DNA of 64,000 nt from an uncultured delta proteobacterium (GTDB taxonomy: Bacteria > Desulfobacterota > Syntrophorhabdia > Syntrophorhabdales > WCHB1-27). Shown here in pieces: positions 8,083 through 18,582 of this stretch. How positions within the stretch are numbered: position 1 is the stretch's first letter; every line of letters begins with the position of its first letter. Location: contig CAWEPK010000008.1 of assembly GCA_963810935.1 (NCBI GenBank), forward strand, positions 96,001-160,000, given 5' to 3'. The notes under the pieces are model-generated. The model searched no databases. It worked only from the letters and a program-made list of their open reading frames with translations, and was not told the origin of the DNA. A program made the translations under genes and the position numbers.

Positions 8083-9565
8083 ATGATTGAAGGCTCACGG
8101 ATCCTTCTGGTAGACGATAGTCCGGACATCATTCGGCTCCTGTCGGATTTCCTTGCTCCGTACGACTGCGAGGTTTACAAGGCGTACACCGGCAAGGAGG
8201 CCATTGACGTCCTCGCAGAGAGGCAGATCGAGATCGCCATACTCGACGTCAGGCTGCCTGACACGGACGGCATCTCGCTGCTCGATACGATCCGGCTCCA
8301 GGACCCCACTATCTCGGTCGTCATGATCACGGGCTACAACGACCCGGACCTTATCATAGAGGCGATGAAGAGGGGCGCAAGCGATTTCATCATGAAGCCC
8401 TTCTCCATAGACAAGCTTCTCCTCGGCATAATGCGGGTGCGCAAGCAGAGGGACCTGCTGATCGAGAAGAACAACGCAGTTTCAGGCCTCGAGGACGGCA
8501 AGAAAATCAGAGCTGCTCAACCGGCAGCTTCAGGCGAAGATAACCGAGCTTACGAAGATGCACCACATATCGAGCACGTTCAACTCGATGAGCATATTCG
8601 ACGACGTCTACGAAAAGACCGTCCGCATGATCAACGAAGTGCTCGGCTCGAACGCGTGCGGCTATTACATAATGGACCACGAGAACCGGGAGCTTATCCT
8701 ATATCGTGTGGAGACCGCTCCAGGCGCGGACGCAGTAGTGGAGAAGAAGATCGCCGTTACGCCGGAGCTGGTGGAGCAGGTCCGTTCCGGCAAAAGGCAC
8801 TTCCTGCGGAACAACATGGCGTTCCTGGCGCTGATAATAAAGGGGGAGTGGGTAGGCGCCCTGATGATGGCGGGCAGGTCAAACGGGCGCTCGAAGAAAA
8901 GCGCCTTCGGCCCTGACGACATCAATTTCCTCAAAGTAATCGCGGACAAGGCATCGACGCAGATAGAGAACAAGCTTCTTTACGAGAGTCTCTTCGAAAG
9001 CGTGCTTCATACTCTTACCTCTCTCATCGTTGCAATCAACAGGCGCGATATGTACACCGAGGGCCATTGCGGGCGGGTCGCCCAGATGTGCCTTGCCCTG
9101 GCGGACTGCCTCGGCGCCGGCGACTACGAGAAAGACGTTGTGCGCGTTGTCGCGCCCGTACACGACGTAGGGAAAGTCGGCATCCCGGATTCCATACTTC
9201 TCAAAAACGGCCCGCTAAGCACTGAGGAATACGACCTCATGAAGAGCCACTCCGCTTACGGAGAGCAGATAATAAGCCGCTTCGACATATTGTCGAACGA
9301 GGCGCTGATAACGCGCCACCACCACGAGAGGTTCGACGGGGCCGGCTACCCGGACGGGCTCTCGGGCAATGCCATACCCTTCTCTTCACGTCTGATCGCG
9401 GTCTGCGACACGTACGACGCCATGACCACCGATAGGCCGTACAGGAAGGGCCGGACGCACGAAGAGACACTGGCGGAGATTGAAAGGTGCAAAGGAAAGC
9501 AGTTCGATCCGATCATGGCGGATTGTTTCATGGAGATGATGCGCGATGGCTTCCGGCGGGATTGA
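8083..9565 (+). CDS. REC-GAF-HD-GYP cyclic di-GMP phosphodiesterase (apparent +1 frameshift near 8509)
   Basis: REC domain in ORF 8083-8916; GAF-like region and HDVGK...HHERFDGAGYP...DAMTTDRPYRK in ORF 8558-9565; deleting one A near 8509 joins them through KIELLNRQLQAKITEL. Confidence 0.88.
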
Positions 9566-10109
9566 GAGACGCCAGTTCTTCAGGATAAACGACCGCCTTC
9601 CGGTGCAATTCAGGGAAGTGGCTTACCCTGAGACGGTCGCGCTCCAAAAGAGCCTCATGCAATCGGACGTCCTGTTCGGCCGGCATGAGGCGCCCGTGGG
9701 CGAAGACGGAGCCGTCCTGCCGGGCAAGAGCGAGATGCACGCCTCCCTTAAGGCCATCGAGAAGAAACTGGATGCGGTAATCGATCTTTTGTCGCAGAGG
9801 CAATCGACTTTCGAAAGCGCATACGAAGACGTGACGATAAGCGGGTCCGGGCTGATGTTCCGCTCTCCCGCGCGCCTTGAGCAAGGCGCCTACCTGGAAA
9901 TGGGCGTGGGTCTGCCCGTTCGTCCCGGATACCGGGTGAAGGCCCTGGGGAAGGTGGTTCGGAGCGACCCGTGCAACAATCAGGGCGAGGAAGGCTGGGA
10001 GACAGCCGTAGGTTTTGCCGCCATAAGCGAGGAAGATCAGGACGCGATCGTCGGCTACGTCTTCTCAAAAGAGAGGGAAGGTCTGAGGATGCGCCAGATG
10101 CCTTCATGA
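9546..10109 (+). CDS. PilZ domain protein
   Basis: ERRQFFRI (RxxxR) and TISGSG (variant of D/NxSxxG); GKVVRS, AVGF. Confidence 0.85.
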   Translation: MASGGIERRQFFRINDRLPVQFREVAYPETVALQKSLMQSDVLFGRHEAPVGEDGAVLPGKSEMHASLKAIEKKLDAVIDLLSQRQSTFESAYEDVTISGSGLMFRSPARLEQGAYLEMGVGLPVRPGYRVKALGKVVRSDPCNNQGEEGWETAVGFAAISEEDQDAIVGYVFSKEREGLRMRQMPS

Positions 10110-10134
10110 TGCGCGGCCGGCCCGGGACAGAGCT

Positions 10135-10902
10135 ATGGACTTAGCGACTATTGTCGGACTGGTGCTTGGAATCGGGGCGGTCCTCGTCTCATTTACGATG
10201 GAAGGCGGCCACCTATCCGCGCTTATCCAGGCCCCTGCCATCATCCTCGTTATCGTGGGGACCGTCGGCGCGTCCATCATCACCACATCGTTCAATCAGC
10301 TACGCAACCTGCCGAAGCTCCTGAAGATCGTCCTTTTCCATCAGACCCTCGACCCCAGGCAGCTCATCGACCTTATCTACAAGCTGTCTCAGAAATCACG
10401 CAGGAACGGACTTCTGAGCCTGGAGAAAGACATCACCCATATCCCCGACGCTTTTTTGCGCAAGGCAATCCAGCTCGCAGTGGACGGCTTCGAGACGACG
10501 AAGATCAGGGAAATCCTCGAGATAGAGATGTCCTATATGCACGAGCGCCACAAGATGGGCTCCGCTTTCTTCCAGAAACTGGGCGGCTTCTCGCCGACCC
10601 TCGGCATAATGGGCACGGTCCTCGGCCTTATACACGCACTGAGCAGCATGGAAGATACCTCCCACATGGCCTCTGCCATAGCCGGCGCATTTATCGCCAC
10701 GCTCTGGGGCGTGGCGATGGCCAACCTCGTCTACCTGCCCATAGCCGATAAGCTCAGGGCAAAGCACCAGGACGAGGCGGTCTACCTGGAGATCATAAGC
10801 GAGGGGGTAGTCTCCCTCGCTATGGGTGACAACCCGCGAGTCATAAAGATGAAACTCCTTTCATTCCTCCTTCCCGACCTGCGGTCGCGCGAGGCAGCAT
10901 GA
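10135..10902 (+). CDS. motA: Flagellar stator protein MotA
   Basis: MDLATIVG, SRRNGLLSLE, PTLGIMGTVLGLI, AFIATLWG. Confidence 0.93.
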   Translation: MDLATIVGLVLGIGAVLVSFTMEGGHLSALIQAPAIILVIVGTVGASIITTSFNQLRNLPKLLKIVLFHQTLDPRQLIDLIYKLSQKSRRNGLLSLEKDITHIPDAFLRKAIQLAVDGFETTKIREILEIEMSYMHERHKMGSAFFQKLGGFSPTLGIMGTVLGLIHALSSMEDTSHMASAIAGAFIATLWGVAMANLVYLPIADKLRAKHQDEAVYLEIISEGVVSLAMGDNPRVIKMKLLSFLLPDLRSREAA

Positions 10903-11613
10903 ACCTGTCAAGAAGGCACAGGGAAGATGACCGGGAGAACCTGGACAGGTGGCTCATTACCTATGCGGACCTCATAACCCTCCTCCTTGCCTTTTTCATC
11001 ATGCTCTATACCTTTTCGAAGCAGGACGCCCGGAAGTACCAGGACCTCTCCAGCGAGTTGAAGACCATATTCAGCGGGGGCAAGACAGAAAAAGCCGCCG
11101 CCGTCCAGGCGGGCGTTGCCGCAGGGCAAAAACCCTCTACGGACATCGAGCGCGAGCTCGAGGACGAGTTGGCGGCGCTTGCCGGCGGGAAAGGCGAAGC
11201 CCACAAGGTGTCCGTCTTCAAGGACGAGAGGGGCACGGTCATCCGCGCAATGGATACGGCCTTCTTCGACGAGGGCAGGGCGGAGGCTGAAGGAAACGGC
11301 AAAGGAGGCGCTGAAAATGATCGCCCCCACGCTGGAAAAGACCAAAAGGCACGTCAGGATCGAGGGGCATACGGATAACGTGCCGATCAAGAACATGGAG
11401 TTCAAATCGAACTGGGAGCTTTCCGCGCGGAGGGCCACCGAGGTCGTCCGCTATCTCATAGAGAAGCACCGCTTCCCGGCGGACCGCATCTCCGTCTCCG
11501 GATACGCCGAATACCGCCCGATAGCAGCGAACGACTCGCCCCGCAACCGGGCAGTCAACAGGCGGATCGAGATAATCATTTTGAAAGGCGCGGAGGATTC
11601 ACCCGCCCAATAG
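10899..11613 (+). CDS. motB: Flagellar stator protein MotB (apparent +1 frameshift near 11286)
   Basis: WLITYADLITLLLAFF transmembrane helix in the first ORF; OmpA-like IEGHTDN...SNWELSARRA...NRRIEI in the second; removing one G gives GRAELKETAK. Confidence 0.92.
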
Positions 11614-11689
11614 TAAAACCCCGCGGCCGGCGTGCCATCGCCTGCGGAATTCCTTGTCCGGCAGCCGCTCACTGTGTTAATATTGGTTC

Positions 11690-12466
11690 GTGGCCATCGA
11701 CCTTAATTGCGACATGGGCGAATCCTTCGGCGCTTACCGCATCGGGAACGACGCGGAGGCGGTGCGCCATATCACGAGCGCCAACCTCGCCTGCGGATTT
11801 CACGCCTCGGACCCCAACTGGATGGCGGACACGGTGGCGCTCTGCGCCGCCCACGGCGTAATGGTGGGCGCCCATCCGGGATACCCTGACATGACGGGCT
11901 TCGGCCGCAGGTCGATGCAGATGAGCGGGCGCGAGCTTATCAATTATGTCCTTTACCAGGTAGGCGCCCTTAAAGGCTTCCTCGACGCGGCCGGGTTGCC
12001 TCTCCAGCACATCAAGCTCCACGGCGCGCTTTACAATGACATGGTAAGGCGGGAGGACGAGCTGCTCGGTCTGGCCGCTGCCATGGATAAGGCGTTCAAG
12101 GGCGTGATCTTCGTCACCCTCGGCACGGCGAGGGGCGGGGCGCTGAAGAAGGCGGCAGCGGCAAAGGGGCTGCGGGTCGCGCTGGAGGCGTTCCCTGACA
12201 GGGCCTATACGGACGAAGGCGAGTTGATGGGGCGCCAGCACAAGGGGGCCGTGCTGAAGGACCCGGAGGCGATAGCGCTAAGGGCCGTTACGATGGCCTC
12301 CAGGAAAGGCGTAGAGAGCGCAGGCGGCAAGTGGATCGACATGGAGGTCGATACGCTTTGCATCCACGGCGACAATGCGGAGAGCATCAGCGCCGCCGGA
12401 AGGATCCGGACCCTCATGGACGAGCATGGCATAGCCGTGGAGCCGTTGTCCCGGCTGACGATATGA
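11690..12466 (+). CDS. pxpA: 5-oxoprolinase subunit A (LamB/YcsF family)
   Basis: IDLNCDMGESFG, ANLACGFHA, GAHPGYPD, IKLHGALYN, TLCIHGD. Confidence 0.92.
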   Translation: MAIDLNCDMGESFGAYRIGNDAEAVRHITSANLACGFHASDPNWMADTVALCAAHGVMVGAHPGYPDMTGFGRRSMQMSGRELINYVLYQVGALKGFLDAAGLPLQHIKLHGALYNDMVRREDELLGLAAAMDKAFKGVIFVTLGTARGGALKKAAAAKGLRVALEAFPDRAYTDEGELMGRQHKGAVLKDPEAIALRAVTMASRKGVESAGGKWIDMEVDTLCIHGDNAESISAAGRIRTLMDEHGIAVEPLSRLTI

Positions 12467-12470
12467 CGGC

Positions 12471-13112
12471 ATGGACATACTGCCTTACGGAGAGGACGGA
12501 CTCCGCCTGGTATTCGGCAGCGAAGTAACGCTTGAGATCCACGAACTTGTGCGCAACGCGTATCTCTACCTGAGCACGGCCGCGCTTCCGGGCGTCACCG
12601 ACATAATCCCATCCTTCACGACCTGCCTGCTTATTTTCGACAATAACCGCGTAAGCTTCGGGAAACTGGCCGCAATCCTGCGGGAAAAGCAGGCCGAGAT
12701 GGCGGCGTCCGCGTGTAAGGAGCCGAAAATACACGAAGTCCCCGTCTCCTACGGCGGAGAATGGGGCGCTGATATGGACTCGGTCTGCGCCTATTCCGGC
12801 CTGACGGAAGACGAGGTCATAGAATGCCACACGTCAGCCGTCTATACGGTCTTCGCGGTGGGGTTCCTGCCGGGTTTCCCATATCTCGGCCCTCTCGACA
12901 AGAAGCTTTTCGTCCCGAGGCTCGAAGCGCCCCGCGTGAAAGTGCCGGAAGGCTCCGTAGGCATCGCCCAGCTCCAGACGGGCATCTACACCTTCGACTC
13001 GCCCGGCGGCTGGAGGATCATAGGAAAGACGCGCATCAGGGCCTTCGATACGGAAAGGCCGCCCCACAGCCTCTTTTCGATGGGCGACCGGGTGCGCTTC
13101 GTGAGGGTGTGA
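12471..13112 (+). CDS. pxpB: 5-oxoprolinase subunit B (KipI family)
   Basis: GFLPGFPYL, PRVKVPEGSVGIA, SPGGWRIIG. Confidence 0.9.
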   Translation: MDILPYGEDGLRLVFGSEVTLEIHELVRNAYLYLSTAALPGVTDIIPSFTTCLLIFDNNRVSFGKLAAILREKQAEMAASACKEPKIHEVPVSYGGEWGADMDSVCAYSGLTEDEVIECHTSAVYTVFAVGFLPGFPYLGPLDKKLFVPRLEAPRVKVPEGSVGIAQLQTGIYTFDSPGGWRIIGKTRIRAFDTERPPHSLFSMGDRVRFVRV

Positions 13113-14072
13113 TGGCGGCTGAGATAAAGGTCGTCAACCCCGGATGGCTCTCTATCATTGTCGATGAGGGAAGGTCCGGCCTTGCCCATATAGGCGTCCC
13201 ACGCTCCCCGGCCCTCGACGGCTTGGCCTTCGCGGCCCTCAACGTCCTGCTGGAAAATCCGGCCCGGCACGCCCGCTATAGAGGTCTTCGGCACGGAGTT
13301 CTCCATCGCATTTTCGCAAAGTGCGACCGTGGCCGTAACGGGCGCGCGGGTGGCGGCCTTCATGGACGGCGCTCCCGCTCCGCCGTGGGCTGCGTTCGAC
13401 GTTAAGGCGGGCAGCGTGTTGAGGGTGGCCCAGGTGCTCGAAGGCTTCAGGTATTACGTAGGGTTCGCGGGCGCCATGGACCTGCCTGCCGTGATGGGAA
13501 GCCGCTCGACGAACCTCGAATGCATGTTCGGCGGCCTATCGGGCAGACCGCTTATAAAAGGAGACCGCATCGGCCTGGCTGCATGCAGGCGCGTGGCGGC
13601 TAAGTCCGTCCCTGCACAGAACCTGCCTCTCATGGCGCCGCCCCACGTGCTGCGCCTCCTCGACGGCCCTGAAAAGGACCTGCTCACCCGGGACTCCATC
13701 GATAAATTCTGTAATATCGAGAAGAATCTGTGGTACTCTGTCTCTGCGAAATCGAACAGGACGGGCATCCGGCTCGACGGGGAGCCGATGGCGTTCACGC
13801 AGGAGGAAACGGGCGGAATCGTATCGGAAGGGCTGCTGCCCGGGACTGTGCAGGTGCCGCCGGACGGCCGGCCGATCATCGGGCTTTTTGAGAAGACGAT
13901 GGGCGGCTACGCAAGGGCAGGGGTGGTCGCATCCGCAGACATGGACCGCCTGGCCCACCTGAGACCGAAGGACAAGGTGATGTTCGACCGCATAACGCCC
14001 GATGAGGCGATAGCGCTGAAGCACGCGAGGGGAAATTACATGACCTCTCTTTATAAAACAATAGGGGGTTGA
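13112..14072 (+). CDS. pxpC: 5-oxoprolinase subunit C (KipA family; apparent +1 frameshift near 13264)
   Basis: Starts MAAEIKVVNPG..IVDEGR; later GSRST, SNRTGIRL, PGTVQVPPDGRPI; a one-base deletion gives ENPAGTPAIEV. Confidence 0.87.
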
Positions 14073-14073
14073 C

Positions 14074-15333
14074 ATGAGAAAAGCGATAGCCGGTTTATGC
14101 CTCTTTTCATTCGTCCTATGCCTTGCCGCATCCGGCCTGGCCGCCGAAAAAGAGATTAGGATCGGCGTCATATACCCTCTGACCGGCCCTGCCGCCTCGA
14201 CCGGCCAGGTGCTGCTGGAAGGGGTGAAGCTCGCGGCGGAGATCATCAATAACAAGTACAACCTGAATATGCCGCTCGCCAAGACTGCCGGGCTTCCCAA
14301 CCTCGGAGGGGCAAAGATCGTAATTGTCTCCGGCGACCACCAGGCTAAGCCCGATGTTGGCATGGCCGAAGCGGAGCGGCTGATCACGCAGGAAAAGGTC
14401 GTTGCCCTCATCGGCGCATATCACAGCGCAGTCACGGCCACGGCAAGCCAGGCGGCAGAGCGGTACGGCGTGCCTTTCGTCAACGGCGACTCCACGTCGC
14501 CCACCCTGACGGAGAGGGGCTTCCAGTGGTTCTTCAGGACGACCCCCAGCGACCAGCTCTTCGCGGAGAACTTCTTCCAGTTCCTCAATGACGTTAAAAA
14601 GAAAAAGGGCGTCGAGACCGGGCCCGTATCACTCTTCAACGAGAACACGCTTTTCGGCACCGACACGACAAAATTCGAGGAAAAGTTCGCCAAGCAGTAC
14701 AACTACAAGATAGCGGGCCTCGTGACGTACCCCGCAAAGAGCACGCAGCTTACGAGCGAGATCCAGAGGCTCAAAGGCTTCAACGCGAAGGTCGTATTGC
14801 AGACGTCTTACGTGGCCGACGCCATCCTTTCCGTCAAAACGTTTAAAGAGCTTAATTTTACGCCCGACGCGATCATCGGCAACGACGCGGGCCACATCGA
14901 CCCGGAGTTCGTGAAATCCCTCGGCAAGGACGCGAATTACTTCTTCTCCCGCGAAGTCTGGGCGCTCGACCTCGGCGCCAAGAAGCCGATGCTGAAGACG
15001 GTGGCGGAGATGTTCCAGAAACGGACCGGTAAGCCGATGGACGGCTCGTCGTCGCGCGCCTTTACGGCTATGATCGTACTGGCGGACGCGATCAACAGGG
15101 CCGGTTCTACGGACCCCGCCAAGATCAAGAAGGCCCTCCTCGAGACGAACCTGAAGGCAGACCAGCTCATCATGCCGTGGAACGGTGTAAAGTTCGACCC
15201 CCAGACGCACCAGAATATGTTGGGCAGGGGCATCATCGTCCAGGTCCAGGGCGAGAAATACTATACTGTGTGGCCCTTCGACCTTGCCACGAAGGACGTA
15301 GTGTGGCCCTTCCCGAAGTGGGACAAGAGGTAA
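14074..15333 (+). CDS. Liv-type ABC transporter substrate-binding protein
   Basis: Signal peptide, IRIGVIYPLTG, GAYHSAVT, WFFRTTP. Confidence 0.9.
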   Translation: MRKAIAGLCLFSFVLCLAASGLAAEKEIRIGVIYPLTGPAASTGQVLLEGVKLAAEIINNKYNLNMPLAKTAGLPNLGGAKIVIVSGDHQAKPDVGMAEAERLITQEKVVALIGAYHSAVTATASQAAERYGVPFVNGDSTSPTLTERGFQWFFRTTPSDQLFAENFFQFLNDVKKKKGVETGPVSLFNENTLFGTDTTKFEEKFAKQYNYKIAGLVTYPAKSTQLTSEIQRLKGFNAKVVLQTSYVADAILSVKTFKELNFTPDAIIGNDAGHIDPEFVKSLGKDANYFFSREVWALDLGAKKPMLKTVAEMFQKRTGKPMDGSSSRAFTAMIVLADAINRAGSTDPAKIKKALLETNLKADQLIMPWNGVKFDPQTHQNMLGRGIIVQVQGEKYYTVWPFDLATKDVVWPFPKWDKR

Positions 15334-15343
15334 GAACGCGTAA

Positions 15344-16204
15344 ATGGAGATATTCGCGCAAACCTTGGTCAGCGGGCTGCTGATCGGCCTTCTTTACGCA
15401 CTGATCGCCGTGGGTCTCACGATGATATTCGGCGTGATGGATATCGTCAACTTCGCCCACGGCGAATACCTCATGGTCGCCATGTACCTGGCTTACTGGG
15501 CTTTCGCGCTGCTCGGTCTCGACCCGCTTTATTCGCTGCCCGCCGTTACCGTAGCGCTCTTCGGCTTAGGGGTGATCACCTATTACCTGCTCATCAGAAA
15601 GATCATCAACGCCCCGATGCTTTCGCAGATATTTGTCACGTTCGGCATCCTCATATTCCTTCGGGGCTTGGCCCAGTTCCTCTGGAAGGCCGACTACAGG
15701 GCCATCCCGCATTCCGTGCTCAGCGGCAGCATCCACGTCTCGGGCGTCTATATCGGCGTGCCGCAGATAGTGGCGGCAGTGGGCGCCATCGTCTGCAACG
15801 GCCTTATCTACCTTTTTATGAAAAGGACCCGCCTGGGCATGGCCCTTGAGGCCGTTGCCGAGGACAAGGAGGCGGCCCGCCTCATGGGCATCAACAGCGA
15901 CCGCATGTTTGCTCTGGCCTGGGGCATCGGTATAGCGAGCGTGGGCGTGGCGGGGGGCCTCCTTTCGAGCTTTTATTACACATTTCCGGAGGTGGGCGGT
16001 AATTTCGGCCTTATAGCGTTCGTCGTGGTGGCGCTCGGCGGCTTCGGCAGCGTAGTCGGGGCCTTCATTGCGGGCGTGATCGTCGGCCTCGTTGAAGTCA
16101 TGAGCGGGTACCTGTTCGCTCCGTCGATCAAATTCGTTGTCGTCCTCGCCCTCTACCTCGCCGTCGTTGTGGCGAGACCGCAGGGGCTTCTGGGCAAGGC
16201 GTGA
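15344..16204 (+). CDS. Liv-type ABC permease (LivH-like)
   Basis: YALIAVGLTMIFGVMDIVNFAHG; RPQGLLG. Confidence 0.9.
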   Translation: MEIFAQTLVSGLLIGLLYALIAVGLTMIFGVMDIVNFAHGEYLMVAMYLAYWAFALLGLDPLYSLPAVTVALFGLGVITYYLLIRKIINAPMLSQIFVTFGILIFLRGLAQFLWKADYRAIPHSVLSGSIHVSGVYIGVPQIVAAVGAIVCNGLIYLFMKRTRLGMALEAVAEDKEAARLMGINSDRMFALAWGIGIASVGVAGGLLSSFYYTFPEVGGNFGLIAFVVVALGGFGSVVGAFIAGVIVGLVEVMSGYLFAPSIKFVVVLALYLAVVVARPQGLLGKA

Positions 16205-16211
16205 GGGGACG

Positions 16212-17156
16212 ATGAAGAAGAGTATTTCCCTGTTCCTTCTTTTTGTCGCAGCGCTCATAGCCTTTCCCGTTTTCTTCCGCAACCCATTCCCGAGACATCT
16301 GCTCATCATGATAATGATGTACGCCGTAATGAGCATCGGCTGGAACATCATAGGCGGCTACGCGGGACAGGTGTCTTTCGGCAACGCGGCGTTTTTCGGT
16401 GTGGGCGCATACGCGTCGGCCATCCTTCTGACGAAGGCGGGGCTCTCGCCGTGGATAGGCATGGGCGTGGGCTGCATCGCGTCACTGGTGCTCGCCGTAG
16501 TCGTCGGCTATCCGTGCTTCAGACTGAAAGGCCATTACTTCGCCATAGCGACCATCGCGGTGGGCGAGATCATGATGGGCCTTTTCATGGTGTGGGATTT
16601 CGTCGGCGCCGCAGTCGGCGTTTACATGCCCATCCTTCCGCAGTCTTTCGCCAATTTCGAGTTCCACGCAACAAAGATTCCGTATTACTACATCATGCTC
16701 GCGATACTCCTGGCGGCTATCGGCGTTGCCTTCCGGGTGGAGCACAGCAGGCTGGGATACTACCTGCGGGCAATCAAGGACGACCCGGACGGTGCGCGGA
16801 GCGTCGGTATAAATATCCAGAAATACAAGATGTACGCGTTTTGCCTTTCGGCGGTGCTTACGTCGGTCTGCGGCACTTTTTACGCCCAGTACGTGCTCTA
16901 CATAGACCCGCCGAGCACCTTCGGGTTGATGATATCGATCGACCTGTGCATCATCTCCCTCATCGGCGGCCTGGGCAAGCTGATGGGGCCGGTCATAGGC
17001 TCCTTTGTCTTCATACCCCTTATCGAGCTGACGCGCGTCTACCTGGGCAGTGAGGGGCAAGGGATCGACCTGATGCTCTATTCGGCGTTGATGATAGTAC
17101 TCGCCATTCTGAGGCCGCAGGGCCTTTTCGGCCTTTTCACGCGAGGCGCCCGATGA
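16212..17156 (+). CDS. Liv-type ABC permease (LivM-like)
   Basis: WNIIGGYAGQVSFGNAAFFG, GHYFAIAT; ATG at 16212 follows a GAGGGG ribosome-binding site. Confidence 0.9.
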   Translation: MKKSISLFLLFVAALIAFPVFFRNPFPRHLLIMIMMYAVMSIGWNIIGGYAGQVSFGNAAFFGVGAYASAILLTKAGLSPWIGMGVGCIASLVLAVVVGYPCFRLKGHYFAIATIAVGEIMMGLFMVWDFVGAAVGVYMPILPQSFANFEFHATKIPYYYIMLAILLAAIGVAFRVEHSRLGYYLRAIKDDPDGARSVGINIQKYKMYAFCLSAVLTSVCGTFYAQYVLYIDPPSTFGLMISIDLCIISLIGGLGKLMGPVIGSFVFIPLIELTRVYLGSEGQGIDLMLYSALMIVLAILRPQGLFGLFTRGAR

Positions 17157-17902
17157 GCGAGATACTGCGCCTGGAAGGCGTGACGAAGCGCTTCGGCGGC
17201 CTGGCTGCGAACCAGGACATCTCGTTCTCGGTCGAGAAAGGCGACGTCATAGGGCTGATCGGCCCGAACGGGGCGGGCAAGTCAACGCTCTTCAACTGCA
17301 TTTCCTGCTTCTACCGGGCAAGCGCCGGCCGCATACTCTTCCGGGGCGAAGAGATCACGAACGACACGCCGGAGACAGCGTGCAGGAAGGGCATCGGACG
17401 GACCTTCCAGATCGTGCGGATATTCAAGGAAATGAGCGTCCTCGAAAACATCATGATAGGCGCATTCCTGAAGTACGACAAAACAAAGGCAGCCGCAAAC
17501 AGGGCAGGGGAGGTCGCGGAGCTTTTCGGCTTCTCCGCAAGGCTCGGCAGACAGGCCGGCTCGCTCACAATATCCGAGCAGAAGCGCCTGGAAGTGGCGC
17601 GCGCCTTCGCCACGGGGCCGGAGATACTGCTGCTTGACGAGATTATGGCAGGGCTCAATATCGGCGAGGTGCGAGAAACGACCGAGCTTATGGGACGTTT
17701 GAAAAGCCTCGGCATGACGCTCCTGCTCGTCGAGCACGTGATGGAAGGCATCATGCCCGTTGCGGACAAGGTGGTCGTCCTCGACTACGGCCGGAAGATA
17801 GCGGAAGGCCCTCCATCGGAGATCGTAAAGGACGAAAAAGTGATAAAGGCGTATCTTGGAGTGAAGTATGCTGAGCGTAGAGCGCGTAGACCTGTCGTAT
17901 AG
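17153..17902 (+). CDS. ABC ATP-binding protein (LivG-like)
   Basis: GPNGAGKST, LLLDE, VEH. Confidence 0.92.
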   Translation: MSEILRLEGVTKRFGGLAANQDISFSVEKGDVIGLIGPNGAGKSTLFNCISCFYRASAGRILFRGEEITNDTPETACRKGIGRTFQIVRIFKEMSVLENIMIGAFLKYDKTKAAANRAGEVAELFGFSARLGRQAGSLTISEQKRLEVARAFATGPEILLLDEIMAGLNIGEVRETTELMGRLKSLGMTLLLVEHVMEGIMPVADKVVVLDYGRKIAEGPPSEIVKDEKVIKAYLGVKYAERRARRPVV

Positions 17903-18572
17903 CGGCGTCAAGGTCGTAGATTCGGTCTCCTTCCACGTGGAACAGGGGGAGATCGTTGCGCTCATCGGCGGAAACGGCAACGGGAAATCGACGATCCTTA
18001 AAGGCGTCAGCGGGATCGTCCACCCTGCCTCCGGAAAGGTGACCTTCGAGGGGCGGGACATCACGCGCCTCGACGCGCACAAGATCGTGGCCCTGGGCGT
18101 CTCCCACGTGCCGGAAGGTCGGCGTCTGTTCCCCTCCCTGAGCGTTTATAAGAACCTGCTCCTCGGCGCCTACCTCGTCTCCGACAAGAAAGAGGTAGCG
18201 GAGCGGATGGACTACGTCTATTCGATATTCCCCATACTGAAGGAGCGGGCGTCGCAAAAGGCGAAGACGCTCTCCGGCGGCGAGCAGCAGATGGTGGCTA
18301 TCGGGCGGGGGCTGATGAGCAGGCCGAAGCTGCTCATGCTGGACGAGCCTTCGTGGGGGATTGCGCCTATCCTGGTGGACAAGATATTCGAGGTCATCGG
18401 GGAGATACGGAAGAACGGGGTGACAGTGCTGCTGGTCGAGCAGGACGTCGAGGCGGCGCTCGACATAGCGGACCGGGCCTATGTTATCCAGACGGGCAAG
18501 GTTGTGCTGGAGGGCAAGGGCCGGGAGTTGCGGGATTCCGAACTTATCCAGAAGGCGTTCCTGGGTCTGTAG
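17868..18572 (+). CDS. ABC ATP-binding protein (LivF-like)
   Basis: GGNGNGKST, LSGGEQQM, MLDEPS. Confidence 0.92.
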   Translation: MLSVERVDLSYSGVKVVDSVSFHVEQGEIVALIGGNGNGKSTILKGVSGIVHPASGKVTFEGRDITRLDAHKIVALGVSHVPEGRRLFPSLSVYKNLLLGAYLVSDKKEVAERMDYVYSIFPILKERASQKAKTLSGGEQQMVAIGRGLMSRPKLLMLDEPSWGIAPILVDKIFEVIGEIRKNGVTVLLVEQDVEAALDIADRAYVIQTGKVVLEGKGRELRDSELIQKAFLGL

Positions 18573-18582
18573 GGGCTGTCAA

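Noticed and set aside
8083..11613. Pseudogenisation of motility genes (split HD-GYP and motB)
   Set aside because: The same single-base-insertion signature occurs in unrelated genes across the window and the catalytic motifs are intact; sequencing error is more parsimonious.
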